Assembly (NCBI GenBank): GCA_964035575.1
Contig: OZ037839.1
Span: 682,001 to 746,000, forward strand
Origin: Rhynchopus sp. YZ270_cl-10
Taxonomy: Eukaryota
Direction of reading: 5' to 3'
Length of the DNA: 64,000 bases
Shown: piece by piece, positions 30,681 to 43,273 of the stretch
Layout: each line of letters opens with the position of its first letter
Numbering within the stretch: the first letter of the stretch is position 1
Position numbers and translations under genes: made by a program
Notes under the pieces: generated by a model
What the model was told of the DNA's origin: nothing
Database searches by the model: none
What the model saw: the letters and a program-made list of their open reading frames with translations, nothing else

Positions 30681-32769
30681 TTATCTCCGGAACTGCGGGT
30701 GTGGCGGGAAATGAGGTGCGGGGAAACCAGGCATCATCGGTGGCATGCCTGGTGGGCCTCCCATCGGCGCCCCCATGCCTGGTGGCGGCAGCACACCAGG
30801 CGGCATGTGTGGTACCATGCCCGGGGGCCCGGCCATGCCTGGTGGTGGTGGGGGCATGCCTGGTGGCGGTGGCATTCCAGGTGGGAAGACCATGCCGGGT
30901 GGTGGGAGCATGCCAGGCATCGGAAGGATACCCGGTGGGGGGAGAACCCCAGGGGGCATCCCAGGGAAGCCCATGGGTGCTGCTGGGAGCGGTGCTTCGT
31001 TGTACGGCGTTGCTGTGGAGAAGGGAAGTTCATGTTGTTTTTTTTGATAAATTGTTGCAGTAGTGTAGTTGCCTCCGTTGTGTTGACACAGTTGGTGCAA
31101 TATCCACTTTTGATAATTTTGTTGGATTAGTGTGAAAGGCATTGCGCTTACAGTACCCCAAATAAATTGGTGTACAAATAAGGCGGATTTATGGTGTGTT
31201 CTGCCCTGGATGATGTCACATCAATTGTTCGCTTGTATTGTATAATTCGGTCATACCTGCAGGCTTTGCCTTCAATACTACTATCGATGAAACACTATCG
31301 CCTCTAAGCAGCAACTGTGTGGTGAGTGGTGGGGTCAAAAAAATGAAGAATCTAGTTTTTTTTCCTTGAAAAAGATTTTACCATTCCTTTTTAGGTCTTG
31401 GAAGCTCCAAGAAAAATGGAAGTCGGCGGAGTCACTAAAAAAAAAGAAGGTTGCTTCTGGCAAAAAGGGAGAGATGCCATCGCCCTATCCTCAATTGAAA
31501 TAGTATTGCTTCCTATACTGTCCCCCTTTTTTGTGGGGGGAGGCCGTTTTGACCCATACCAGCCCAAGCTCTCGTTCCTCCTGTTTAGGTGATGGGTCTG
31601 CTTTCGTCTTCTTTCCTGGTCGGTATTCAACTGCGTCTGCGATGACAATATTCAAAAACCGGTCGTAAGAAAGAAAGGTTCCTTTTATCGAGCGACCATC
31701 CTGTGGAAAGGGGTGAGTTAGCAAATTGAGACGTCAAAAGATAAACAAATTGCATATACAGTGCGACAAAACCGGTGGGGTAAATACTACGGTGTCAATA
31801 ACTATCTTCGCCCACACAGGAAAAACGGGAAACGAAATAGGGGGAGAGTTTGTTAGTTGTACGCTTCCACCTCAATAAACAGTCAAAAGATAAACAAATT
31901 CCATATACAGTGCGACGAAACATCGGTGGGATAAAAAAAAAACTAGAGGCAAATTTTTGGAATTTCAAAACCCTAAGAAGGGTTTTTACCCCCCCTCCGA
32001 TGTTGTCTTACTGTACTTTTCATTTCAGAGAAAAACACACAAAAACAGGACATTCAATGGGCACGATAGGTCTGAAATAAAACTTGTAAGATGCGTGTAC
32101 CTCTCGTGCACACACAATATTTTACCTCTTATGGTTCCAGCTTGGAGACGGGTTATTGAAGATGTGTTGTCTCTTCGTCACAAAGACAGTTCTTCGGGGA
32201 TGATGTCGTTACCCAATTTGCTGAAATTGTTGCAAGTGTAGATATAGGATATTTTGCCTCTCTCGAGAATATGTGTTGGTGCAAAAGTTGTAATAATATG
32301 GACCAAATCTCCCAAAGAACTCCTGGAATAGGCTGTTTGAAAAGCAAAGAGTGTGGGTCATCCGAAGAGGCTAACCATGACGGAATGTGTCGTGTAGCGA
32401 TGGGGAGGGAGGCGGACTCCCTCCCAAAAAACCTTCGCGGCAAAAATGGAGCGAAAGAAGGCTGCGAGGCGTTGGAAGTGAAGTTGGTGTCGAAATCTGA
32501 GGTTGGGAGCTGAGGCAGGCGGAGGTGAGGAAAATAAAAACCCCGTTTCGTCTCTTTAGTACGCTATTCACTGCAATAAACAAAAAAGTCTCAGTCGTTT
32601 GAATCATTTCCCACAAAGTATTTGTCCTAATATAATTCTTGCGCAGAATATTGCCCTGGAATGTGCTGTGCTGTGTTGTGTTGTTGTGACATACTAATAT
32701 AGTGAGTTTGATCACGCTCCCTAAATACCCGACCAGCTTCGACCGTTTCCCTTTCGTCTGTGTTGCCAT
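30681..32769 (-). CDS. SNRPB: Small nuclear ribonucleoprotein Sm B/B' (4 exons)
   Basis: Exons 32769-32695, 31700-31560, 31314-31257 and 31012-30681 give MATQTKGKRSKLVGYLGSVIKLTIL-DGRSIKGTFLSYDRFLNIVIADAVEYR...EERELGL-LLLRGDSVSSIVV... (Sm1/Sm2) plus a PPPGM-rich tail. All introns are GT-AG and in phase. Confidence 0.92.
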
Positions 32770-33786
32770 TTGTTGTGTGGCTGCAATGTGTTGCCCCCAC
32801 CCACCCTTCTGTCGAGAAAATTTGGAAAAAAAAGGGAGGAATTTTTTATAAGATGGGGCAGTAAGCACCGAACAGAGCGGAGAGAATAAGCTTTGTCTCG
32901 CCGCCCCACAAAGAGGAGGGTGAGAAAAGCAAAATGTCACGTATTCACCTTTTGTAGGATGCAGGATGCAATGTGTCTCAAAAATGAAATACGCGTTCTT
33001 CGATTTATTTCATTTAATTTCAATGACTCTTTACAATCAGTAGCAAACTGCAAAACGAGTAAATAGAGAAAGGGGTGGGATGTAGTTAAAAATAAATTGA
33101 AGCAGAAATTTCTGGTATTTTCAGGCACTATACTATACAAAAACGTTGGAAAAAAGAAAGGTAAAAAAGAAACAGCAGTTTCGACCCCTGCCCCTATACT
33201 ATAAAATACCTACACGGGTCCTCCTCAATAGACTGTAGGTAAAAACAAAAGAAAAGTTTATAAGATGATCCTAAGCCTCTCGTGCTTAGTCACCACAAAA
33301 AGGAAACATGCGTAAAAATGATTACAATGTAAGTTAGTGTCTCAAAGTCTCTGACCGGACATCATCCTGTGGATATGGGGAGGCTCGACAACCACATTGT
33401 CCCACTCGTAATCGTCGTCGTCGGAGTGCGCAACGAACGCAGAATCCGACGAGACGATATCGTTGTTGACGACCAACACAACGCGCTACCCGGGAAGGTA
33501 TGGATTCTCGCAGCACTGGACATCTTCGCATCGTGGTAGGTAGAGGAGACATGTCGTGAGGATACCATTGCGGGTGTGGTGATGATGATGGTGGTGAGCC
33601 GCATTACATGGGTGCAGCGGGGAATGTTCTCCGGCACCATCCCCGGGTAGCGCACCACTGGTGCTGGACCCATGCATGTGGCCCGGGAAGGCAAAGTCTA
33701 GCGACACGGTACCTCCGCTAGTGCAGGCAGGCCAGTAGGGCTGTGTCTGTGCAATCACTGAATCGCCGAATGAGCTCTTCTTGCAC

Positions 33787-36700
33787 TTACTTCTGCAGGT
33801 CTGCCACATCATGCAGTGTGTTGCCTCTTGTATTTGTCACATCTGTTCTGGAAACATCGGCATCAACAGGTTGCTGCTCTGCTTCTGCACGCTGACGTGA
33901 CTCTGCCATGTGTTCCCATGTCGCACGCATTGAGAGAAGTTTGTTGCGCAAGAGTTCCTTCTCTGCTGAATCTGTGCAATCAGTGAATCGCTGAATCAGT
34001 TCGTTCTGCACTTCCTCCTGTATGCTGACAACCCCACGCAGTGTGTTGGAACCTGTTCTGTTTGTAACATCACTTCTGGAAACATCAACATCAACAGGTT
34101 GTTGCTCTGCTTCTGCACGCTGACGTGACTCTGCCATGTGTTCCCATGTCGCACGCATTGAGAGAAGTGTGTTGCGCAAGAGTTCCTTCTCTGCTGAATC
34201 TGTGCAATCAGTGAATCGCTGAATCAGTTGCTTCTGCACTTCCTCCTGCATGCTGACAACCCCACGCAGTGTGTTGGAGCCTCTTCTGTTTGTCACATCA
34301 GTTCTGGAAACATCGGCATCAACAGGTTGCTGCTCTGCTCCTGCATGCTGACGTGACTCTGCCATGTGTTCCCATGTCGCACGCATTGAGAGAAGTGTGT
34401 TGCGCAAGAGTTCCTTCTCTGCTGAATCTGTGCAATCAGTGAATCGCTGAATCAGTTCGTTCTGCACTTCCTCCTGCATGCTGACAACTTGACGAAGTGT
34501 GACAGCATCATCATCAACAAGTGGAGGCTCCGGTGCGGAAAGGGACGTCGCCATGTGTTCCCAAGCAGCACGAATTGGTTCAAGTTTCTCGCGCAAGCGC
34601 TTCTTTGCTGCTGAATCCATTTGACTCAGTTCGCTGAGTGCTGCTGTGTTTGTCACATCTGCCTGGATGTCGGCAACGTCGACATCAACGACGCCACCTG
34701 CCTGATCCACTTCCTGCCCCACGCCTACCATAAGATAACGCACAGTCTCCGTGCCTCCCTCTTCCGCAGCAGTAATCAGACATGTCACCTTCTGTGTTTT
34801 ATGATTTTTTCTGTCCCCTGCAGTAGCTTCAAAGTGCTGTGATAGCTCCTCGATATGTTCTGTGACACGCAGTTCCGCACCAGCTTGCACCAACAGATTC
34901 ACAATGTCGCGGTCCACTCCCATGCACGCGCACACCAGAGGCGAAGGTCCTCCGTCGTGCCATTTCTCGATGCGTGCACCTGAATCAATGAGCTCCTGCA
35001 CCTTAGCTGCATATGATTTGGGGTAACGCGCTGCTGCATCGAAACGGATATTGCCATTGCCCTGTATATGCAGCCGTGCACCCGCTTCTAGCAACATCCT
35101 CACGATATGGACCTCACCCGCCCGACAAGCCATCATCAGAGGCGAACAGATCAACTCGCTCTTTGCTTCCACGTCTGCACCTGCATAAGTGAGTACCTGC
35201 ACCACATCTGCATGTGCTGCCGCCACTGCGTGGTGCAACGCAGTCCAGTGCTCAGCATCAACGAGGTCCACACCCACCTCTGCCATGCACAGAAGGCTTT
35301 TCACAATCGTCGTGAATCCACCAGCAGACGCAATCATGAGACATGTCATGCCATCTCGGTCTCTTGCACCCACATCCGCACCTGCTCGAACAAGTACCTT
35401 CACAGCATCATTCGCGTCTACGTCTGACGTACAACCCGACAGCAGCGGCGAGCGCCCCAAGGCATCCTTTTTCTCGATGTCTGCCCCTGCATCAATGAGC
35501 ACCTGTACCATATTTGCATGGTTGTAGTATATTGCTTCCTGCAACGCTGTTTCTCCGTGCTGCCTACCTTCCTGATTCACATCCACCCCCAAGCCCACAA
35601 GATAGCGCACAGTCTCCGTGTGTCCCCCACCCGAAGCAGTGGTAAGACATGTGTCGCCGTTGGTGTCTGTGACACCGAGGTCCGCACCAGCTTGCACCAA
35701 CACCTTAACACTGTCGAGGCTACCTGAAAAGCACGCAAAGAAAAGAGGCGTACATCCATCAGAGTCCTTTTTCTCGATGTCTGCACCTGCATCAATGAGC
35801 ACCTGCGCCGTATCTGCCTGGTTTGGATCCACTGCCTTGTGCAACGCAGTGCGTGCGTACAGCCCACCTACCTCATCCACATCCACCTGACCCAAGCCCA
35901 CGAGATAGCGCACAGTCTCCGTGTGTCCCTCATGCGAAGCAATGATAAGACATGTATCGGCGTTGGTGCGTGCGAGACGCAGGTCCGCACCAGCTTGAAT
36001 CAACATTTTCACGATGTCGAGGCACCCTGCAAAGCACGCAAGGAGAAGAGGCGTATGTCCATCAGAGTCCTTTTTCTCGATGTCTGCACCTGCATCAATG
36101 AGCACCTGCACCACATCTGCACGTCCTTCCTCCACTGCCTCATGTAACGTAGTGTTGCTGTGGCTGCAGTCAGTGAATCGCTGAATAATTTCTTTCTGCC
36201 CTTCCTCCTGCATGCTGACAACTCCACGCAGTGTGTTGGAACCTGTTCTGTTTGTCACACCTGTTCTGGAAACATCAACATCAACAGGTTGCTGCTCTGC
36301 TCCTGCATGCTGACGTGACTCTGCCATGTGTTCCCATGTCGCACGCATTGAGAGAAGTTTGTTGTGCAAGAGTTCCTTTTCTGCTGAATCTGTGCAATCA
36401 GTGAATCGCTGAATCAGTTCGTTCTGCACTTCCTCCTGCATGCTCACAACTCCACGCAGTGTGTTGGAGTCTCTTGTGCTTGTCACATCTGTTCTGGAAA
36501 CATCGGCATCAACAGGTTGTTGCTCTGCTCCTGCATGCTGACGTGACTCTGCCATGTGTTCCCATGTCGCACGCATTGAGAGAAGTTTGTTGCGCAAGAG
36601 TTCCTTTTCTGCTGAATCTGTGCAATCAGTGAATCGCTGAATCAGTTCCTTCTGCACTTCCTCCTGCATGTTGACAACTCCACGCAGTGTTGGATCCTGT

Positions 36701-39700
36701 TCTTGCGCATCTTCAGGGTCTTGGAAGGAGCCTGAGAGTCCGTCGTCGGATGTCCAGGTATTTTCCTTGTCGTCGACATCTACTCCCATAGACCACAGCA
36801 TTTTGCGGAGCTCGTCTGCTCGGGGGAAGGCCTTTGCACGTTGTGATTTGCGACGTGCTTCACAAAGGAGTTGGATCTCCTGAATACGCTGCTCCGTCTG
36901 CGTCTGACACTTCCACGTCGAATGCCCAATCTCACGAATCGCCAGACGCAAGAACCCTGTGTCGTGATGCGAAGGATCGCAGGTCCCATCACTGCGCTTC
37001 TCGCACCGTTCAATCCACAGCTCCTGCCAGCTAGGGCTGTTGCGCTGCAGGTCTTTGACCTCGTTGACGAGGGCAGTGTGGTTCTCTGCTGTGATGGCGA
37101 GGAAGGGGCGTGTGGGTGCTGTGTGGTCTGCGGTGGTGACCAGCTCGCTCAGGGCTCGGCGGATGAAGTGTGAGTCCTTTAGAGCAGGGTTTGTCACATC
37201 TGTTCTGGAAACATCGGCATCAACAGGTTGCTGCTCTGCTCCTGCAGGCTGACGTGACTCTGCCATGTGTTCCCATGTCGCACGCATTGAGAGAAGTTTG
37301 TTGTGCAAGAGTTCCTTTTCTGTTGAATCTGTGCAATCAGTGAATCGCTGAATCAGTTCGTTCTGCACTTCCTCCTGCATGCTGACAACTTGACGAAGTG
37401 TGACAGCATCATCATCAACAAGTGGAGGCTCCGGTGCGGAAAGGGACGTCGCCATGTGTTCCCAAGCAGCACGAATTGGTTCAAGTTTCTCGCGCAAGCG
37501 CTTCTTTGCTGCTGAATCCATTTGACTCAGTTCGCTGAGTGCTGCTGTGTTTGTCACATCTGCCTGGATGTCGGCAACGTCGGCATCAACGACGCCACCT
37601 GCCTGATCCACTTCCTGCTCCACGCCTACCATAAGATAACGCACAGTCTCCGTGCCTCCCTCTTCCGCAGCAGTAATCAGACATGTCACCTTCTGTGTTT
37701 TATGTTCTTTTCTGTCCCCTGCAGCAGCTTCAAAGTGCTGTGATAGCTCCTCGATATGTTCTGTGACACGCAGTTCCGCACCAGCTTCCACCAACAGATT
37801 CACAATGTCGCGGTCCACTCCCATGCACGCACAGACAAGAGGCGAAGGTCCTCTGTCGTCCCATTTCTCGATGCGTGCACCTGAATCAATGAGCTCCTGC
37901 ACCTTAGCTGCATATGATTTGGGGTAACGCGCTGCTGCATCGAAACGGATATTGCCATTGCCCTGTATATGCAGCCGTGCACCCGCTTCTAGCAACATCC
38001 TCACGATATGGACCTCACCCGCCCGACAAGCCATCATCAGAGGCGAACAGACCAACTCGCTCTTTGCTTCCACGTCTGCACCTGCATCAACGAGCATCTG
38101 TATCACGGTCGCATGTTGCTTGTCCACTGCATGGTGCTTGAACAATTCATAGCTGGCCACTGCGTGGTGCAACACAGTCCAGTGCTCAGCATCAACGAGG
38201 TCCAAACCAACCTCTGCCATGCACAGAAGGCTTTTCACAATCTCCGTGCATCCACCAGCAGACGCAACCATGAGACATGTCTTGCCATCTCGGTCTCTTG
38301 CACCCACATCCGCACCTGCTCGAACCAGTACCTTCACAACATGGTTCGCGTATGACTTGCAACAGCCCAACAGCAGAGGCGAGTACCCCATGGAATCCTT
38401 TTTCTCGATGTCTGCCCCTGCATCAATGAGCACCTGCACCACATCTGCACGTGCGCCCGCCACTGCCACGTGCAACGCTGTGTTGCCACACCTGTGCGTA
38501 CGAACCTGATCCACATCCACCTGCCCCAAGTCCACAAGATAGCGCACAATCTCCGTGTGTCCCGCACGCGAAGCAGTGATAAGGCACGTATCGCCGTAGC
38601 GGTCTCGAACACGCGGTTTCGCACCGGCTTTCACCAACACCCTCACAGCATCGAGGCTCCCTACCATGCACGCACGGAGAAGAGGCGTACGTCCATCAGA
38701 GTCCTCTTCCTCGATGTCTGCCCCTGCATCAATCAGCACCTGTACCACATCTGCATGGTTTTGACTCACTGCCTCGTACAATGCTGTGTTGCCTCTCTGG
38801 TCCCCACGTACCTCGTCCACATCCACCTGCTCCAAGCCCACAAGATAGCGCACAGTCTCCGTGTGTCCCTTACGTGAAGCAGTGATAAGACATGTGTCAC
38901 CGTTGCGGCCTGTAACACGCAGTTCCGCACCAGCTTGCACCAACACCTTCACAGTGTCGAGGTGCCCTTCCAAGCATGCACGGAGAAGAGGCGTACGTCC
39001 TTTCGAGTCCTTTTCCTCGATGTCTGCCCCTGCATCAATGAGCTCCGGAACCACATCTGCACGTCCTTCCTCCTCTGCCTCGTGCAACGCTGTGTTGCCT
39101 CTCTGGTCCCCATCTACCTCATCCACATCCACCTCCTCCAAGCCCACAAGAGAGCGCACAGTCTTCGTGTATCCCTCACGTGCAGCAGCGGTAAGACCTA
39201 TGTCGCCGTCACAGTCTGTGCTGATCTCCACACCGGGCACCTGCGCCCATTCAGGGTGGAAGCGGGTGATATCGAAGTTCACCAGACGCCGTGCCTCCTC
39301 CTCTGACACGCAGTGCTGTACGAAGCTTCCGTCGAATGTTGGCCATGGTTCGTCTTCTTCTCCGTCGCTCCAGCGGAATTCACCCCAATATGGAGCGCGG
39401 AAGCATTCTCGAGCAGAGGGGCGAGCGTTTGGATCCCAGGAAAGCATTTCACGGAGAAGCGAGATCGCCTCAGGAGAGGCCTTGGGGTAGCGTGCGGAGA
39501 GGTCTGCTGGTGCGCGGGGCTTCTGTGCACGGAGGAAGAGCTTGGCCTGGGCATTGGTGATCCATGCGTCGTTTTCACCTGGGGTGTGTCCGGTGATGTC
39601 TAGAATCAGGTTGATATGATCTCTCGCCCCTGCCGTCGTGGTGGATGAAATGGTAGAGGGAAACAAAACCTGGCGCTTCCCCGACTCCGTCGACAGCAAC

Positions 39701-40873
39701 TCTGCAAACACGCACCCCAACGACCAGATGTCAATCACCATCCCGTACTGCTCCTTCATCATAACCTCTGGTGCACGGTACCATCGGGTGACCACATAGT
39801 CTGAATGGCTCCCACCCTCTTCCCGCGCCAAACCAAAATCGGCCAAACGCACTGACCCATCACCATCGACCAATATATTAGCAGGCTTCAAATCTCTGTG
39901 CATCACATTTGCTGAATGCATTGCGAAGAGGCCGTTCATCTGAGAAGAAACATAGGGGGGATGGCTTGGGGAGGACTGTGTATATCACTACATCCACCAC
40001 TAAGGCGAAACATACCATAGCGTACATGATGCAGAGGATGTTGGCGCTGGTGAAATACCCTGGGCACCTCGCGAACAGTGTGTTGAGGTCTGTCTTCACG
40101 AACTTCGAGACAAGGCATATAGCGTCATAGTCGCTGCGTGGTGGCATGATGATCTCCTTCAGGAAGAGAAGGTTCTCATGCTGGTTGAAGTGCACCATCA
40201 GACGGATCTCGCGGAGAAGCTGTTACGAGAGGAGGATGGATGAGATGAGGACTGTTTGAAGAAAGGATCCTAATACAATAAAATGGGAATGTGGATGGAA
40301 TTGGGGCCAAAGAGGCCTGCAAGGCGGGAAGTCGTGGCGCGCAAGTAGACGGTCAACTGGAAGATCGCGTGAGGGGGTCACACAGTGCGTCAGCCTCACG
40401 ACAGTAGCAAGACACAGCGGGAGGGAGGAAAAAAAAGCGCTCCACAACTCCTCCTGCCTCTCTGTGATCTTCCCCGAGGGCGGACGGTGCAGCGGGTAAA
40501 ATATTAACGTACATGGACTGGTGCAGAGCACAGACATCGGATGGGTGGTGCTGTCTATAGGGCTTGGGTTGCTCGGGAAACTGATGGGTGCTCCATCTAC
40601 TTCATCGCGACAGAAGCTTTCCCTCAAAAAAAAAAAAAAATGCCATACCTTGACCCAGTACCCAACACCCCTTGCATTGCGATCCCTCCACTCTATGCGC
40701 TTTATCGCCACCTCCTCCCCATCTTCTCTATCCGTCGCCTTGCACACGTGTCCATTGCTCGCGCTCCCTACCGGCACCAGCCCCTGAAAACGCTCGGGCA
40801 CCCAAAACTGCACCCCTTGACATGACTCAACACGATAACTCCCCTTTACCGTCACTCCATCACCACCTGCCAT
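33787..40873 (-). CDS. Chimeric MAP kinase - ankyrin - 76-aa-repeat protein (module 3, ~2190 aa, 3 exons)
   Basis: Exons 40873-40649, 40219-40016 and 39939-33787. Kinase motifs VAIKRI, LLREIRLM, HRDLKPANIL, DFGLAR, SDYVVTRWYRAPE; then two ANK arrays, repeats and a foreign insert at ~36691-37188. Confidence 0.85.
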
Positions 40874-41473
40874 TTTTTTTCCCCTTCCTCTTTCGACTCA
40901 AATAGCAAATTTGTGTTAGCGTGGGTCCCTTTTCTTGTGTACCACACACTCTGAGGGTGGGTGGGGTGGGTGGCGGTGGTATATGTAACTAGCGGCCGCG
41001 GGCCGGGCCTCTGGGCCGGGCCTCTGGGCCGAGAACAAATCACTTCAGAAATCCTATTGGAAATGCTCGGGATGAGTCCAATGAAAATCACGTCGGTAGC
41101 AAAGTTCAAAAATGTAGGTTTTATTATTTTGGGGTCAACCGACCCCAATCTTTCAAATAAACCGAATAAAGATGGCTTTTGGACAAAATATCTTTCACCA
41201 AGTCGCCAGGGGGGGGGTTTTTTTTTGAAGTTTTTTTACACCTATAAAGTGTAGATTCTATGTACGTTTCACTCTCTTTAGCATCACAGTCACAAACAGG
41301 AACAACACCACAAAAAAAAATGCCCATTTTTCACATTGGACTACCTTGGAAGCTATCTTGCAAAAGCGCAAGTCAGATTTATTCGAGTGCATGCATCGCG
41401 TATGAAGAGCGTTGCATACATTCAGCCTTATATCTAACGCAAACCCCTTGGCCCTTTAGCACCCTTAAGCCCC

Positions 41474-42200
41474 TTAAGCGAACCCTCCAGGGTGGGATCT
41501 ACCAGAAATCAACTGGTCGTCGGAGCAGGGCGGAACGAACGCAGGATCCGACGAGACGATATCGTAGTGTACGACCAACTCTAGGAGCAGTGTGTTGGAG
41601 ACTGTTCTGTGCCTACCTGATTCACATCCACCCCCAAGCCCACAAGATAGCGCACAGTCTCCGTGTGTCCCCCACCCGAAGCAGTGATAAGACATGTGGC
41701 GCCGTTGGTGTCTGTGACACTGAGGTCCGCACCAGCTTGCACCAACACCTTAACACTGTCGAGGCTCCCTGCAAAGCACGCAAAGAAAAGAGGCGTATGT
41801 CCAGCAGAGTCCTTTTTTTCGATGTCTGCCCCTGCATCAATGAGCACCTGCGCCGTATCTGCCTGGTTTAGATCCACTGCCGCGTGCAACGCAGTGCGTG
41901 CGTACACCTACCTCATCCACATCCACCTGCCCACCCTCACGCACCTTCTGCTTTCTCGTCTTTCATTTCAGTGTCGTCGTCCTCATCCTCACGCATGTCG
42001 GCCATGAGCTTCACCCATGCCTCCTTGAAATGAGGATCTGCAGTGCCTGGTGTCTGTGCTGCCTGCTCAGCTTCGTCGATGAACTCAATCACGTCTGTGG
42101 GTTTGTGTTGAGAAGGGACAGAGGGAAGATGATCAGTGGGGTACATACCTTTCTGTACAGGCTCTTCGTTTGGGTGGCTTGTGGAAGATGCAGATCTGTG
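41474..42200 (-). pseudogene. Truncated ankyrin-family remnant joined out of frame to an unrelated acidic exon
   Basis: One 3-ANK block nearly identical to ~35575-35890, preceded by a segment encoding ...EAWVKLMADMREDEDDD in another frame and followed by family 3' flank sequence. Confidence 0.65.
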
Positions 42201-42334
42201 TGAAGGGAAATTGGAAGATTTAAAAATAATTTTTAAAAACAAAATCATTGCGGGCAATTGATTGCAAACTTTCAAAATCTTAACGTACACTCTCTGTTGA
42301 TTCTAAAACGGGGGAGGGTAAAAAAGGCGTGAAA

Positions 42335-43189
42335 CACGTATGGCAAATGATAATATATTATGCGCTATTATGAGATCTCATAATACATGTGATATTATGC
42401 GCTATTATGTGCTATTATGTGCTATTATGTGCTATTATGCGCTATTATGCGCCAATTATGCGGCGTTATGCGCTCATTATGTGCCGTACCCCCCACCCCC
42501 CCACCCAAAAAAAGTCGCTCAGAAGTGGTCAAAAGTGCCCAAAACCGGGCGGAATTCGATTTTTGGGGTACAAATGGGCCTATGGTGTGGTTTTTATTGA
42601 CTTCAGGGGGGTTTCTTTGATTTATTACCTACTTCACGTTTTTTGACGGCTTAAGATACCTTGGGTGGGAAAACCTTTGGTACCAGGTGCTTGACACTTT
42701 TTGAAACATGGTTCTAAGTTCCACCAAGTCCCTCTAAACACCCCGAAACCGCCTGGGTACCCCTCGGGATAGGTTCTGGGGTGAAAATATGTGGCTTTGG
42801 GGGCTTTTCTGGCCCCTGGCTCACACTGAGGCGTGATGGATGTGTGAGTTGCTCTATCTACGAGGGGTGGGCAGGTACAAGTTGTATGTACATTTTTGAA
42901 AAAAGCAGATACGGGGCTTCTTGAGGCTCAAAACTGCTCAAAACCGGGCGCAGATGGATTTTTGGACATCTGAGGGTGGTATTTTCTGGTTTGGGGCATT
43001 GGGGTAGGGCACATAATGAGCACATAATGAGCACATAATAGCGCATAATCATTATGCGCTATTATGTGCTATTATGTGCTATTATGCGCTATTATGCATT
43101 ATGCGATTATTATGAGCGCGCATAATAGCGCATAATGATCTCATAATTTATTATGAGATCTCATAATAAATTATCATTTGCCATACGTG
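42335..43189. mobile_element. TIR element with 6-bp TSD (GTGAAA) and 10-bp subterminal repeats
   Basis: CACGTATGGCAAATGATAAT ... ATTATCATTTGCCATACGTG; (CTATTATGYG)n; carries ~110 bp shared with the 20001 foldback. Confidence 0.8.
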
Positions 43190-43273
43190 GTGAAAGGTAA
43201 ATTGGGGAAGAGGTTGAAAAGTTGGAACGCTTCCTCACCCCAGATCACACCATATGTCACAAGTGTCATGTCA

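Noticed and set aside
32100..32520. ORF within SmB intron 1
   Set aside because: No recognisable homology, and SmB exons join correctly without it.
33787..33795. GTAAGT overlapping the stop codon of modules 1 and 3 as a splice donor
   Set aside because: Explained by a GAA-to-TAA change in the repeat; no downstream exon could be identified.
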